A stretch of DNA of 32,000 bases from an archaeon. GTDB lineage: Archaea; Asgardarchaeota; Thorarchaeia; Thorarchaeales; Thorarchaeaceae. The notes below the pieces were generated by a model. The model ran no database searches, was not told the DNA's origin, and saw only the letters and a program-made list of their open reading frames with translations. This document shows positions 1 through 8,176 of this stretch, piece after piece. The stretch lies in contig JAJRZD010000039.1 in NCBI GenBank assembly GCA_024275415.1, positions 1-32,000 of the forward strand, given 5' to 3'. Both the position numbers and the translations under genes were made by a program. Every line of letters starts with the position of its first letter. Position 1 is the first letter of the stretch.

Positions 1-1
1 C

Positions 2-727
2 GATGGAGATTATATATGTGCTTTGATTACTTTAGATCCAGCAATCTTTGAACTCTCTGGTATGTTGATAAGACTGGACAGTGATGGAAAGTATATGTGG
101 AACAAGAGTTATGAGGATTATCAATGGGAGTCCCTCCACATCGCGCAAACAGTAGACGGAGGCTACATTCTTGCTGGTGATGTATGGTCATCGAATGTGA
201 GCAATGATGGCTGGTTGATAAAGACTGATCCAAATGGGGTCATAGAATGGGCTCAGACTTTTGGGGGAACTGACACTGATAGAGTATATTCGTTCCAGCA
301 GACGACCGATGGGGGATACGTTCTTGCTGGAGAAACAAGATCCTTTGGCGCAGGAAGAGCTGATGGTTGGGTTGTGAAGACAAATGCGAGTGGGTTCATA
401 GAATGGTATAGGACTTTTGGCGAGGCAGACGATGATAGGTTCGTATCAGTCCAGCAGACGACTGATGGGGGATACGTTCTTGCTGGAGAAACAAGATCCT
501 TCGGCGCAGGAAGAGCTGATGGTTGGTTGATTCGGTTGAATGCGCCAGCAAGATCCCCGGGGTTCTCTACTTGGATTCTCTCTTCTGTCGCTTCAGTTGT
601 AATAATCACTGTCGCCATATATCTGATGGAGTATTCAAAGAAAAGGTCACTAGACAAGAAAACTGCTGACTTTTTCTCGTTCGAGGTATTAGGAGTGAAG
701 TACACACGCGCATACCGAGTCCACTGA
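2..727 (+). CDS. TxDGGY-repeat (beta-propeller-like) surface protein with C-terminal membrane anchor, 5'-truncated
   Basis: Frame is open from position 2 (DGDYICALITLDP...). Three ~52-aa repeats of the form (Q)TxDGGYxLAG...DGWxxxxx. Hydrophobic segment WILSSVASVVIITVAIYLM followed by basic residues. Confidence 0.75.
   Translation, partial: DGDYICALITLDPAIFELSGMLIRLDSDGKYMWNKSYEDYQWESLHIAQTVDGGYILAGDVWSSNVSNDGWLIKTDPNGVIEWAQTFGGTDTDRVYSFQQTTDGGYVLAGETRSFGAGRADGWVVKTNASGFIEWYRTFGEADDDRFVSVQQTTDGGYVLAGETRSFGAGRADGWLIRLNAPARSPGFSTWILSSVASVVIITVAIYLMEYSKKRSLDKKTADFFSFEVLGVKYTRAYRVH
295..526 (+). repeat. Near-identical intragenic direct repeat, 76 bp at 295-370 and 451-526
   Basis: 74/76 nt identical; both differences are synonymous (acc/act, ttt/ttc); offset is 156 nt = 52 codons. 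Confidence 0.95.
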
Positions 728-763
728 TATCCGGATCCTAACTAACATACCTGACGAGAAGAT

Positions 764-779
764 AGGCAATTTTTTGCCT
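764..779 (+). terminator. Short hairpin with oligo-T, a possible terminator of the first gene
   Basis: AGGCAA-TTTT-TTGCCT containing a T6 run, 36 nt after the stop codon. Confidence 0.4.
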
Positions 780-807
780 TCTGTAAGCAACAATCGGTTA
801 GCAAGTC

Positions 808-815
808 ATTTAAAC
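808..815 (+). promoter_or_regulatory. Putative TATA box for the dehydrogenase gene
   Basis: ATTTAAAC about 27-33 nt upstream of ATGs at 841/847, the usual archaeal spacing for a short or absent leader. Confidence 0.4.
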
Positions 816-840
816 CGCACGGAGGTTCACTCTTGTGGGA

Positions 841-1893
841 ATGGCAATGAGCCGACGGATGAAAGCCGCACTGTTCTACGATATAGGGGATATCAGATAC
901 GAGGAAATCGACGTACCAAACATCGGTTCTGGAGAGCTTCTTGTGAAAGTGGGAACTGCCCTGACCTGTGGGACGGATGTGAAGACGTACAAACGCGGGC
1001 ATCCGGTACTTATCCAGAACGCCCCAACCGTATTTGGACACGAGTATGCTGGCACGGTCGAAGAGGTCGGAGCTGGAGTGGAAGGATTCGAGGTTGGCAT
1101 GCGTGTAGTAGCGACGAATTCAGCACCCTGCGGTACATGCTTCTTCTGCAAGAGGCAAAGACCAAACCTCTGTGCTCAACTGAAGACCTCGCTAGTCAAT
1201 GGCGCGTATGCTGAATACATCAAGGTTCCTGCACCTGTGGTCAAATGGAACACTCATCCAATTCCAGATAGCCTGTCATTCAGGGATGCAGCCCTCACAG
1301 AACCACTTGCGTGTGTAGTACACGGGATAGAGGAGTCCAACATCCAGTTGGGAGATGTCGTTGCCGTTATTGGCTCGGGCCCAATAGGGCAAATGCTCAT
1401 CATGCTTGCTAAAAAAAGAGGAGCATCCACAGTCATCGCATCAGATCTTTCCAAGCTGCGAAGAGAATACGCGGCAAGAGCTGGAGCAGACATCACGATT
1501 GATCCGACTGAAGAAGATCCCATCCAACGGGTGCGTGACGAAACAGAGGGGTATGGTGCCGATGTTGTCATCGAGGCCGTCGGACTGCCGACAACATGGG
1601 AGCAGGCTGTTGCGATGACCAGAGATGGCGGAACCACTGTCTTATTCGGAGGAGCGGCTTCAGGAACCAAATTCGAAGTGGACACTGTCCGGTTCCACTA
1701 CGGGCAACTTACGATAAAGGGAGTGTTCCATCTGGCCCCAAAGCATGTGGAACAGGCGCTTCGGTTGCTGATTGCTGGTGATGTGGATGGTGACATCCTT
1801 GTCACTCATGAGATGCCACTGAAAGAAGTAGAGAATGCCTTGAAGATGATGATAGCCGGAGAAAGCATGAAGGTTGCAATCACACCGGATTGA
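841..1893 (+). CDS. Zn-dependent medium-chain alcohol dehydrogenase (sorbitol/threonine dehydrogenase-like)
   Basis: Catalytic Zn motifs TCGTD and GHEYAG; structural Zn CGTCFFC...C; Rossmann GSGPIG. Start may be 835 (GTG), 841 or 847. Substrate cannot be determined from the sequence. Confidence 0.9.
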   Translation: MAMSRRMKAALFYDIGDIRYEEIDVPNIGSGELLVKVGTALTCGTDVKTYKRGHPVLIQNAPTVFGHEYAGTVEEVGAGVEGFEVGMRVVATNSAPCGTCFFCKRQRPNLCAQLKTSLVNGAYAEYIKVPAPVVKWNTHPIPDSLSFRDAALTEPLACVVHGIEESNIQLGDVVAVIGSGPIGQMLIMLAKKRGASTVIASDLSKLRREYAARAGADITIDPTEEDPIQRVRDETEGYGADVVIEAVGLPTTWEQAVAMTRDGGTTVLFGGAASGTKFEVDTVRFHYGQLTIKGVFHLAPKHVEQALRLLIAGDVDGDILVTHEMPLKEVENALKMMIAGESMKVAITPD

Positions 1894-1908
1894 TAGACAG
1901 ACGAGGCA

Positions 1909-2340
1909 ATGAGTGTGGGATACAGGAGTGCAAGACCCTTACGTGACAATGAAAGGTCGCTGATAGACGTCCTATGTTCACTTGATGAGAAGTACCCTGA
2001 CATCCTAATCATTGTTGAGGGCAAAAGGGATGTACGAGTCTTGAGAGACCTCGGGGTTACTGCTCAGGTCATCAGAACCCAAACACATCGGACAAGAGAA
2101 GAATTGGTGGAGAAGATTGCCTCCGAGGCTGGAAAGAGAAGAGAAGTTCTGATCCTGACAGACTTCGATGCAGAGGGAACGGAGATTGCAAAGCACCTAG
2201 AAAAAAACCTAGAGCATCATAAGATCAGGATACTGTATCGCTTGAGGACAAGGATTCGGAACCTGATGGGGAACTGGCGATGCATCGAGGAGATAGTGGC
2301 TGTATTCAAACGTCGAGATCTTCCAGAACCCTTGAGATAA
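1909..2340 (+). CDS. Small stand-alone Toprim-domain protein
   Basis: IIVEGKRD and ILTDFDAEG Toprim motifs in a 143-aa protein. Confidence 0.88.
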   Translation: MSVGYRSARPLRDNERSLIDVLCSLDEKYPDILIIVEGKRDVRVLRDLGVTAQVIRTQTHRTREELVEKIASEAGKRREVLILTDFDAEGTEIAKHLEKNLEHHKIRILYRLRTRIRNLMGNWRCIEEIVAVFKRRDLPEPLR

Positions 2341-4141
2341 TCTCTTCCTCCATCGTGGTGTCTTTGGTTGTGGACTCCAGTATCAGCATGACGGGGATTG
2401 CAAAGACCAGCAGATATGCGCCGACGCCGGTATAGATGGTACTCAGCCCACCTGAGATTGCAAAGACACCGGCGAAGAAGATGTGTGCGATAGTGACGAG
2501 GACGAGCATCGGAAACCATACTGCTACGATGACCTTGAATTCTAGCTTGTGACGGACTGTGGCTGATGCGATGATGTAGTAGAAAATGAATAGGGCGACC
2601 GCAAGGAACCATCCAGAAAGCCCCATTGTCATCCCTTGGATCTCAATGAAATTGAGCAGGGATATCTCGACTCGTCCATCGATACCATAGAATGGCAAGA
2701 TGAAACCAAGCGCCACCATTATGATTCCCGCAAAGATAGGCACCTCTCGGATGATGTTCTCCCTACATATCACCCAACTGGTAATCCTCGACAGTTGATA
2801 GACCGCTATTGCAGAGATGAGCGCAGTGATGAACAGAAAAAAACTTCCGCTGTGTCCAACCATCAATTTCGATGACATGAGGATTTCTCCGTCATCCACC
2901 GAGTACACGAAATAAGTGACCTTCCCAATCAAGATAGGAGTGATATCCGCCACATACTCCCCATTCACATAGCTCATTGGTGTGGAAGACCATGTGGCTC
3001 CGGGATTGCCATTGCGCCAACAGACCATAAGACTGGTTGGGGATGTCGTACGGGCCTGTACTCGTAGAGTCCATCCAGATATTGTGAGAAGAGATTTAGA
3101 GGTCACATTAGTGATTTCAGAGAAGGATGCAACCCCTCTAAAGGTCGTATTGAGCCAACGGACAATCAAATCGCTCCATCCTGTATCGACAACGTGTCCA
3201 TAGTTAGGTCTGATGCTCAAGGTGAGAGGAGCTGATATCTCCTCAATAGTCTGCATGAAGCTTGATGCAACAAAGAAGGGATCGTTCGTGCCGAATATCA
3301 TAAAGAGAGGCTTGGTGAGAGACCTATAGTACGCTATCGGGTCGAACCACCGTTGGAGTAAATCCATCTCTTCAGAGCCAATCGTGTAGTCGGGGTCGAT
3401 GAGGCTGTTGATCAAAGACCCCTCCATCAGTGACTCGTACAAATTGCCTCCAGATATCATTGAGATGGAACCATCAACTCGGTTGTCGATTGCTGAAAGA
3501 ATTGCGGTTTCCATGCCACCCATAGAGGCGCCTCCCACTATGGTTGCATTGACAGGTAGGTAGGTTTCGATGAATGTAACGGCACGGACAGCAGACCATA
3601 CAGAATGATAGAGATGTGCCGATTCAGGGCCTTCAGAAACATCAAAGAATGTGTAGGGATTCAGCTGCGGATAGTTGGTTGATTCGCCTGAACCGGGCGA
3701 GTCGATTCCCATCACGATATACCGTTGAGCTGCAATCTCTATCATCATGGGAAGGAACTCCTGCACATTACTGCCGTATCCGTGCAAGAGGAGGACTGCT
3801 GGGACTTCAGTAGAAAGATCGGTACGTTGAATCACATAGGAATTGATTCTGATATCGATGCCATCAAGCGTTTCGCTGTGGTATGAGAACCGGCTGACAT
3901 TCATATCCACAGGCCCAAGAGATGTATCGACCTCACCAATCACTTCTGAGATTGCTTCAACCTGAAGTGGTTCCACAAGAGCGTCAGAGATATCCCAGAA
4001 CGAGGTGTCGTAGAACTCTTTCGATCGAGTTTCAGTTACGGGCTGAGGATACGTGAAGGCAAGCGATATGATGATAGTCCCAGCGCTAGCCACTAGTACG
4101 AATACTGAGAGAACCAGGGCAGTGGAATGGATCCTATTCAT
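2306..4141 (-). CDS. Membrane-anchored alpha/beta-fold hydrolase with C-terminal multi-TM region
   Basis: N-terminal hydrophobic anchor from MNRIH (ATG 4141; the ORF track extends to 4270, overlapping the upstream gene). LLLHGYG, nucleophile GASMGG, candidate Asp (GTNDPF) and His (NYGHVV). Several hydrophobic segments at the C-terminus. Confidence 0.85.
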   Translation of the reverse strand: MNRIHSTALVLSVFVLVASAGTIIISLAFTYPQPVTETRSKEFYDTSFWDISDALVEPLQVEAISEVIGEVDTSLGPVDMNVSRFSYHSETLDGIDIRINSYVIQRTDLSTEVPAVLLLHGYGSNVQEFLPMMIEIAAQRYIVMGIDSPGSGESTNYPQLNPYTFFDVSEGPESAHLYHSVWSAVRAVTFIETYLPVNATIVGGASMGGMETAILSAIDNRVDGSISMISGGNLYESLMEGSLINSLIDPDYTIGSEEMDLLQRWFDPIAYYRSLTKPLFMIFGTNDPFFVASSFMQTIEEISAPLTLSIRPNYGHVVDTGWSDLIVRWLNTTFRGVASFSEITNVTSKSLLTISGWTLRVQARTTSPTSLMVCWRNGNPGATWSSTPMSYVNGEYVADITPILIGKVTYFVYSVDDGEILMSSKLMVGHSGSFFLFITALISAIAVYQLSRITSWVICRENIIREVPIFAGIIMVALGFILPFYGIDGRVEISLLNFIEIQGMTMGLSGWFLAVALFIFYYIIASATVRHKLEFKVIVAVWFPMLVLVTIAHIFFAGVFAISGGLSTIYTGVGAYLLVFAIPVMLILESTTKDTTMEEEIISRVLEDLDV

Positions 4142-4160
4142 AGAAACGGCACCACAGCAG

Positions 4161-5186
4161 TTATACTGTGCTACCGCAGTTCGAGCATATGAATTTGCCC
4201 TGAGCAATCTCCGAGCCACAGACTCTACATGTCCGTGCTTTGCGCTCACGTACTGTATCCACAACATCACCCAATTGGGGCTCTAGGATGAAACGATTGT
4301 TCTCAAAAGAGATCTTGAACTCGGTCGGATTTCCTGCCTTCTCAAGGAGGTCAACAGGCATTGGAAGACGATAGTTGTTGTCCAGCTTCACGATTCGCGT
4401 GCCACCAAGCTCGTCAAGGTCGATGCCTTTCTGATGGAATCCAGACACAATGCCATCTCGGATCTCAATGGTGACATCAGCCATCGAGGCCACCTGCTGG
4501 CTGTGAGTGACTATGAAAAAGGATGTGCCAAGGGTTTCGTTGAGTTCTTTGAATAGTTCCAAAATCCGCTGTGCAGTTTCAGGGTCAAGGTCTCCAGTCG
4601 GTTCGTCACACAGCACTAGTCCCTTTCCCTTGGTATCAATGAGGTTGACGAGTGCACTTGCGATTGCAACACGGGAACGCTCACCACCGGAAAGCGTAGT
4701 CGCCTTGTTATGCTTCCGTTCCTCGAGACCTACCAGTTTGATGAGCCGGTTCACGCGTTCCTGACGGATCTTCTTGGGGACACCAGCAATGCGGGCGGCA
4801 AGCTCGACATTCTGCCATGCATTGAGATGAGGAAGAAGGTTGTTCACCTGGAATATGAAACCGATGAAGCTCCGTCTTGCTTCTGTCAGCACGCGCTCGC
4901 TTTGCTTCGTGATGTCTGTGCGAAGGTTTGCCCAGTACACCTTTCCAACGGTTGCCTTTGTAATGCCCCCGATGATATTGGTCAGCGTAGTCTTCCCAGA
5001 ACCACTTGGCCCCACCACACACATGATCTTTCCTTCAAGGATTTGGAGCGACACACCACTAAGGGCAACGACTTCCAGATCGGATTTCTTGTAGATCTTG
5101 TAGACATTCTCTACGCTGACGACAACATCGTCAGGGTATGCCCCGTATAGGTCAAGGGTTTCTTCAGTGCTGACCATTGTAGTCAC
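4161..5186 (-). CDS. ABC ATPase (LolD/MacB-like) with C-terminal AbrB/SpoVT-like domain and zinc ribbon
   Basis: GPSGSGKTT, LSGGE, CDEPTGDLD, VTHS; then VKLDNNYRLPMPVDLLEKAG...FILEP and CRVC-x10-CSNC. Confidence 0.9.
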   Translation of the reverse strand: MTTMVSTEETLDLYGAYPDDVVVSVENVYKIYKKSDLEVVALSGVSLQILEGKIMCVVGPSGSGKTTLTNIIGGITKATVGKVYWANLRTDITKQSERVLTEARRSFIGFIFQVNNLLPHLNAWQNVELAARIAGVPKKIRQERVNRLIKLVGLEERKHNKATTLSGGERSRVAIASALVNLIDTKGKGLVLCDEPTGDLDPETAQRILELFKELNETLGTSFFIVTHSQQVASMADVTIEIRDGIVSGFHQKGIDLDELGGTRIVKLDNNYRLPMPVDLLEKAGNPTEFKISFENNRFILEPQLGDVVDTVRERKARTCRVCGSEIAQGKFICSNCGSTV

Positions 5187-5260
5187 TAACCTCCGTGCAA
5201 TTGGTGAAGCAAATAAGAGTTGTGAGCTGCGCAGCGGACACGTACCTCATCCTTGACACC

Positions 5261-8173
5261 TCACAGATTCCTCAATGCGGTAGCTGGATTGACAGATCCA
5301 GCACGTTTTGCTGGGATATAACATGCTGCAATCATGACCGCACTTTCGGCAACGATTGTTACAAGCATCATCTGGAACGGATATGCCAGAACCTCATTCA
5401 GCACAGGCGAGAATGGCGATATACCAAAAGTCATGATGCTCAATGCAAAGCCGAAGGCAAAGCCAAGGATCACGCTTATGGAAATGGCTGCAATGATTGT
5501 GCCTGCAAACTCTCCAAAGACCATGGATATGACCTGTCGTTGGGTTCCACCAAGCGCCCTGAAGACAGCATATTCGGATTTGCGTTCAAGGACGGCGGAG
5601 CCCAAGAAGAGCGCAATTGCCATCAGACCCATCGCGGCAGTCAGCAGGTATGCAATCGTAGTCAACCCCTGAATGCCAGAAAGGAATAATCGAATCGATG
5701 ATGATTGTTCATCAATGTTGAAGGTTTCAACCGAGTACACATGTGTGTTCTTTTCTTCCTCAAGACTGTTGATAATAGGTGTCATATCGACATAGCATAC
5801 TGTATCCACAAGAAACAACTCGGCTTCGGTAATTCCAGTGATGCTCGAAAGATAATCAATGTTCACTAATGCAAAGCCACCTTGACCAGCCTGGAACCCG
5901 AACTGAGCAGCAAACGATGCTCCTGCCAAATCATCAGTGGATGCAGCTCCAAAACCTGGTGCGCTGAGGGCAATCCCCACAATCTGAAAAGATGTCACCT
6001 GCGTCGTATTCAACCCACCAAAATAGACGAGAAGGTGGTCACCAATCGTCTTGTTCCATAGGTCAGCATAATACTGACTTATCACTATCCCGTTTGGCAG
6101 AGCATCCAAGGCGGACAGCACAGTGAAAGAGTCATTGTTGACAAAGCTTTGCTCTGAGAACTTCCCTATTTGGGCATATCTCAAAGGGTCTACAGCCTCA
6201 AGGAAAAAGCGATTGTCTGAAACCTGTCCCCACGTTTCGACAACAGGCATCGCATCTACAATACCCGGAAAGCGGAGGAGTGTTTCATTGAAACTGAAAG
6301 GTTTCGGATCACTCTCAATTCGCATATCAGCTCCGATGGCATATGCCAGTTCGCTCTGGAGCGTCGCCTTGAAACTCTCCGTCTGTACCAACATCATCGT
6401 TGTGGTTGTAAGCGTCAGAGTGAGGATGACAAGGAGGGGCATGAATTGCCCTTTTCGTTTTCTCAGGCTTTGGCTCAAATAGAGAGCTTTTTCGCCCAGA
6501 AGGAACGCAGTCCCACCAGAAACCCTTGCTGTTACCAGTCGCATTGTACGAGAGCCTAGATAGGACGCGATGAACAGGATAAGGGTGGTAACCAAGATCT
6601 CTCCCACAGCGGCAAACCCTGTCGGCTCGATGATGATAGGAAGAAGCACAAGGAATGTGAGAACAGAACCCAGACCAAATCCATAGCGTTTGATGCTTCC
6701 GCTCTCGGCACTCTCATCTGCCGAGGTGTCCATAGGCTGCCCTACTTCTGACACATCAATCCTCTGGGCGACATGGAGGAGGTATGCGGCAGGAAGATAC
6801 ATCGCAATCACAGCAGCAATCACTATTGATACCAGAGGAATCGAGATATTGGACAAATAGCGGACAAAGGCGGCCATGTCAAAGACAAAAAGGTCAACTG
6901 TAGAACCAACCAGTGGAGCCAAGATGAACGAAAGCGCGATGCCGGAACCCAGTCCAATTATCGAGAGCATCAGCGATTCCCACATGAAGGTCGAGAATAC
7001 CTGATTGAAAGATGCACCTTTTGCACGAAGCGCGCTAATCTCTCCTTTCCTCCGAGATACTGAGGTTTCAGATGTATAGATTGTCAGCATGAGACTCATT
7101 ATCAAGATGGGGAAAATGATGACAGTGAGTACCTGGCTCTGAATGTATGTGTCAATCGTGGCTTGAAGCTCCCAAATCCCTGTGAGACCTGCTACGCTGT
7201 ATTGTGGGTACTCCTCCTCGAACTGGGACTTGAATGTCACGAGATTGGTGGCCACGTTCGGGGCACCGGCAGCCAGAAGTGCGTCCTGGGATGTTCTGAT
7301 GAGCAGAGGGGAATTGAAATAGCTCCGTTCGGAGATTTCAGTGACATTACCCTTGCCAATATCCTCTTTGAGAACCATGATAGAATCGCGAATTCCGAGA
7401 ACTAGATCGTTAGCAAGCTGGAATGGATCCCAATTCTTTCGTGGGACAGATGGGAATGCATCTGCGATGAGAGAACCAAGGTCGATGAGATCATAGACGC
7501 CTACGATGGTGAAGTTCTCATATGGCAACACATTCATCGTGTTTCTGTCATTACTGCCAGAATACCTTTGCTCATGGGCGATTACATCGAAGTCAATCTG
7601 GTCACCAATCTTCAATTTGATCCCGTGGACTTCCTCGGTGTAATCGATGAATCCTTGAGATACGAGAATCTCACCTGAAGACAAAGTAAAGTCACCCTCG
7701 TAAGTGAAATCTCGAGACCAGTTGCCAAGGAGATTATTGTCCACGAATATAGTCCGCATGTCCTTGATACCATCTCGATAATTGAATCCAAGGATGTCAT
7801 ACGAGTCCCATTCTGGGAGTGTATCGTTTTGCAGTATTCCCACTGTGGAAACCAGTCTATCAAGGTAAGCAACATACGGATGTGCCTCGGCAGCATCGAT
7901 AAGTTCCTGTGTCCGCGTCCAATCGAACAACGCGTTTGGCTTGAGGGTCAATGCGAGTTGATATGTGTTCTCGTCAAAATAGTCGTGAACCACCAGCCGA
8001 GTCCCCGTATCGCTCCAGACAAAGATGGTAGTAGGTAACGATATCCCAATCGCAAGCACAAGGGCGATACCCATGTTCCGAATTGGATAGTTTCTCAGCG
8101 ATGACATTGCGTAGGTCAGGGACCACAGGGAGCTACCCTTCAGCTGGTGTTGTTTTCGTTTCGTCATTATCAT
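5261..8173 (-). CDS. FtsX/MacB-family ABC permease with duplicated FtsX module
   Basis: Two RxxE...xRAxG motifs (RRKGEISALRAKGA, ERKSEYAVFRALGG), two large extracytoplasmic domains and the C-terminal PAKRAGSVNPATALR signature. Start 8173 or 8167. Confidence 0.9.
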   Translation of the reverse strand: MIMTKRKQHQLKGSSLWSLTYAMSSLRNYPIRNMGIALVLAIGISLPTTIFVWSDTGTRLVVHDYFDENTYQLALTLKPNALFDWTRTQELIDAAEAHPYVAYLDRLVSTVGILQNDTLPEWDSYDILGFNYRDGIKDMRTIFVDNNLLGNWSRDFTYEGDFTLSSGEILVSQGFIDYTEEVHGIKLKIGDQIDFDVIAHEQRYSGSNDRNTMNVLPYENFTIVGVYDLIDLGSLIADAFPSVPRKNWDPFQLANDLVLGIRDSIMVLKEDIGKGNVTEISERSYFNSPLLIRTSQDALLAAGAPNVATNLVTFKSQFEEEYPQYSVAGLTGIWELQATIDTYIQSQVLTVIIFPILIMSLMLTIYTSETSVSRRKGEISALRAKGASFNQVFSTFMWESLMLSIIGLGSGIALSFILAPLVGSTVDLFVFDMAAFVRYLSNISIPLVSIVIAAVIAMYLPAAYLLHVAQRIDVSEVGQPMDTSADESAESGSIKRYGFGLGSVLTFLVLLPIIIEPTGFAAVGEILVTTLILFIASYLGSRTMRLVTARVSGGTAFLLGEKALYLSQSLRKRKGQFMPLLVILTLTLTTTTMMLVQTESFKATLQSELAYAIGADMRIESDPKPFSFNETLLRFPGIVDAMPVVETWGQVSDNRFFLEAVDPLRYAQIGKFSEQSFVNNDSFTVLSALDALPNGIVISQYYADLWNKTIGDHLLVYFGGLNTTQVTSFQIVGIALSAPGFGAASTDDLAGASFAAQFGFQAGQGGFALVNIDYLSSITGITEAELFLVDTVCYVDMTPIINSLEEEKNTHVYSVETFNIDEQSSSIRLFLSGIQGLTTIAYLLTAAMGLMAIALFLGSAVLERKSEYAVFRALGGTQRQVISMVFGEFAGTIIAAISISVILGFAFGFALSIMTFGISPFSPVLNEVLAYPFQMMLVTIVAESAVMIAACYIPAKRAGSVNPATALRNL

Positions 8174-8176
8174 CCC

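Noticed and set aside
2306-2340. 35-bp convergent overlap of the Toprim and hydrolase genes as antisense regulation
   Set aside because: Short tail-to-tail overlaps are common in compact archaeal genomes, and nothing else supports a regulatory role.
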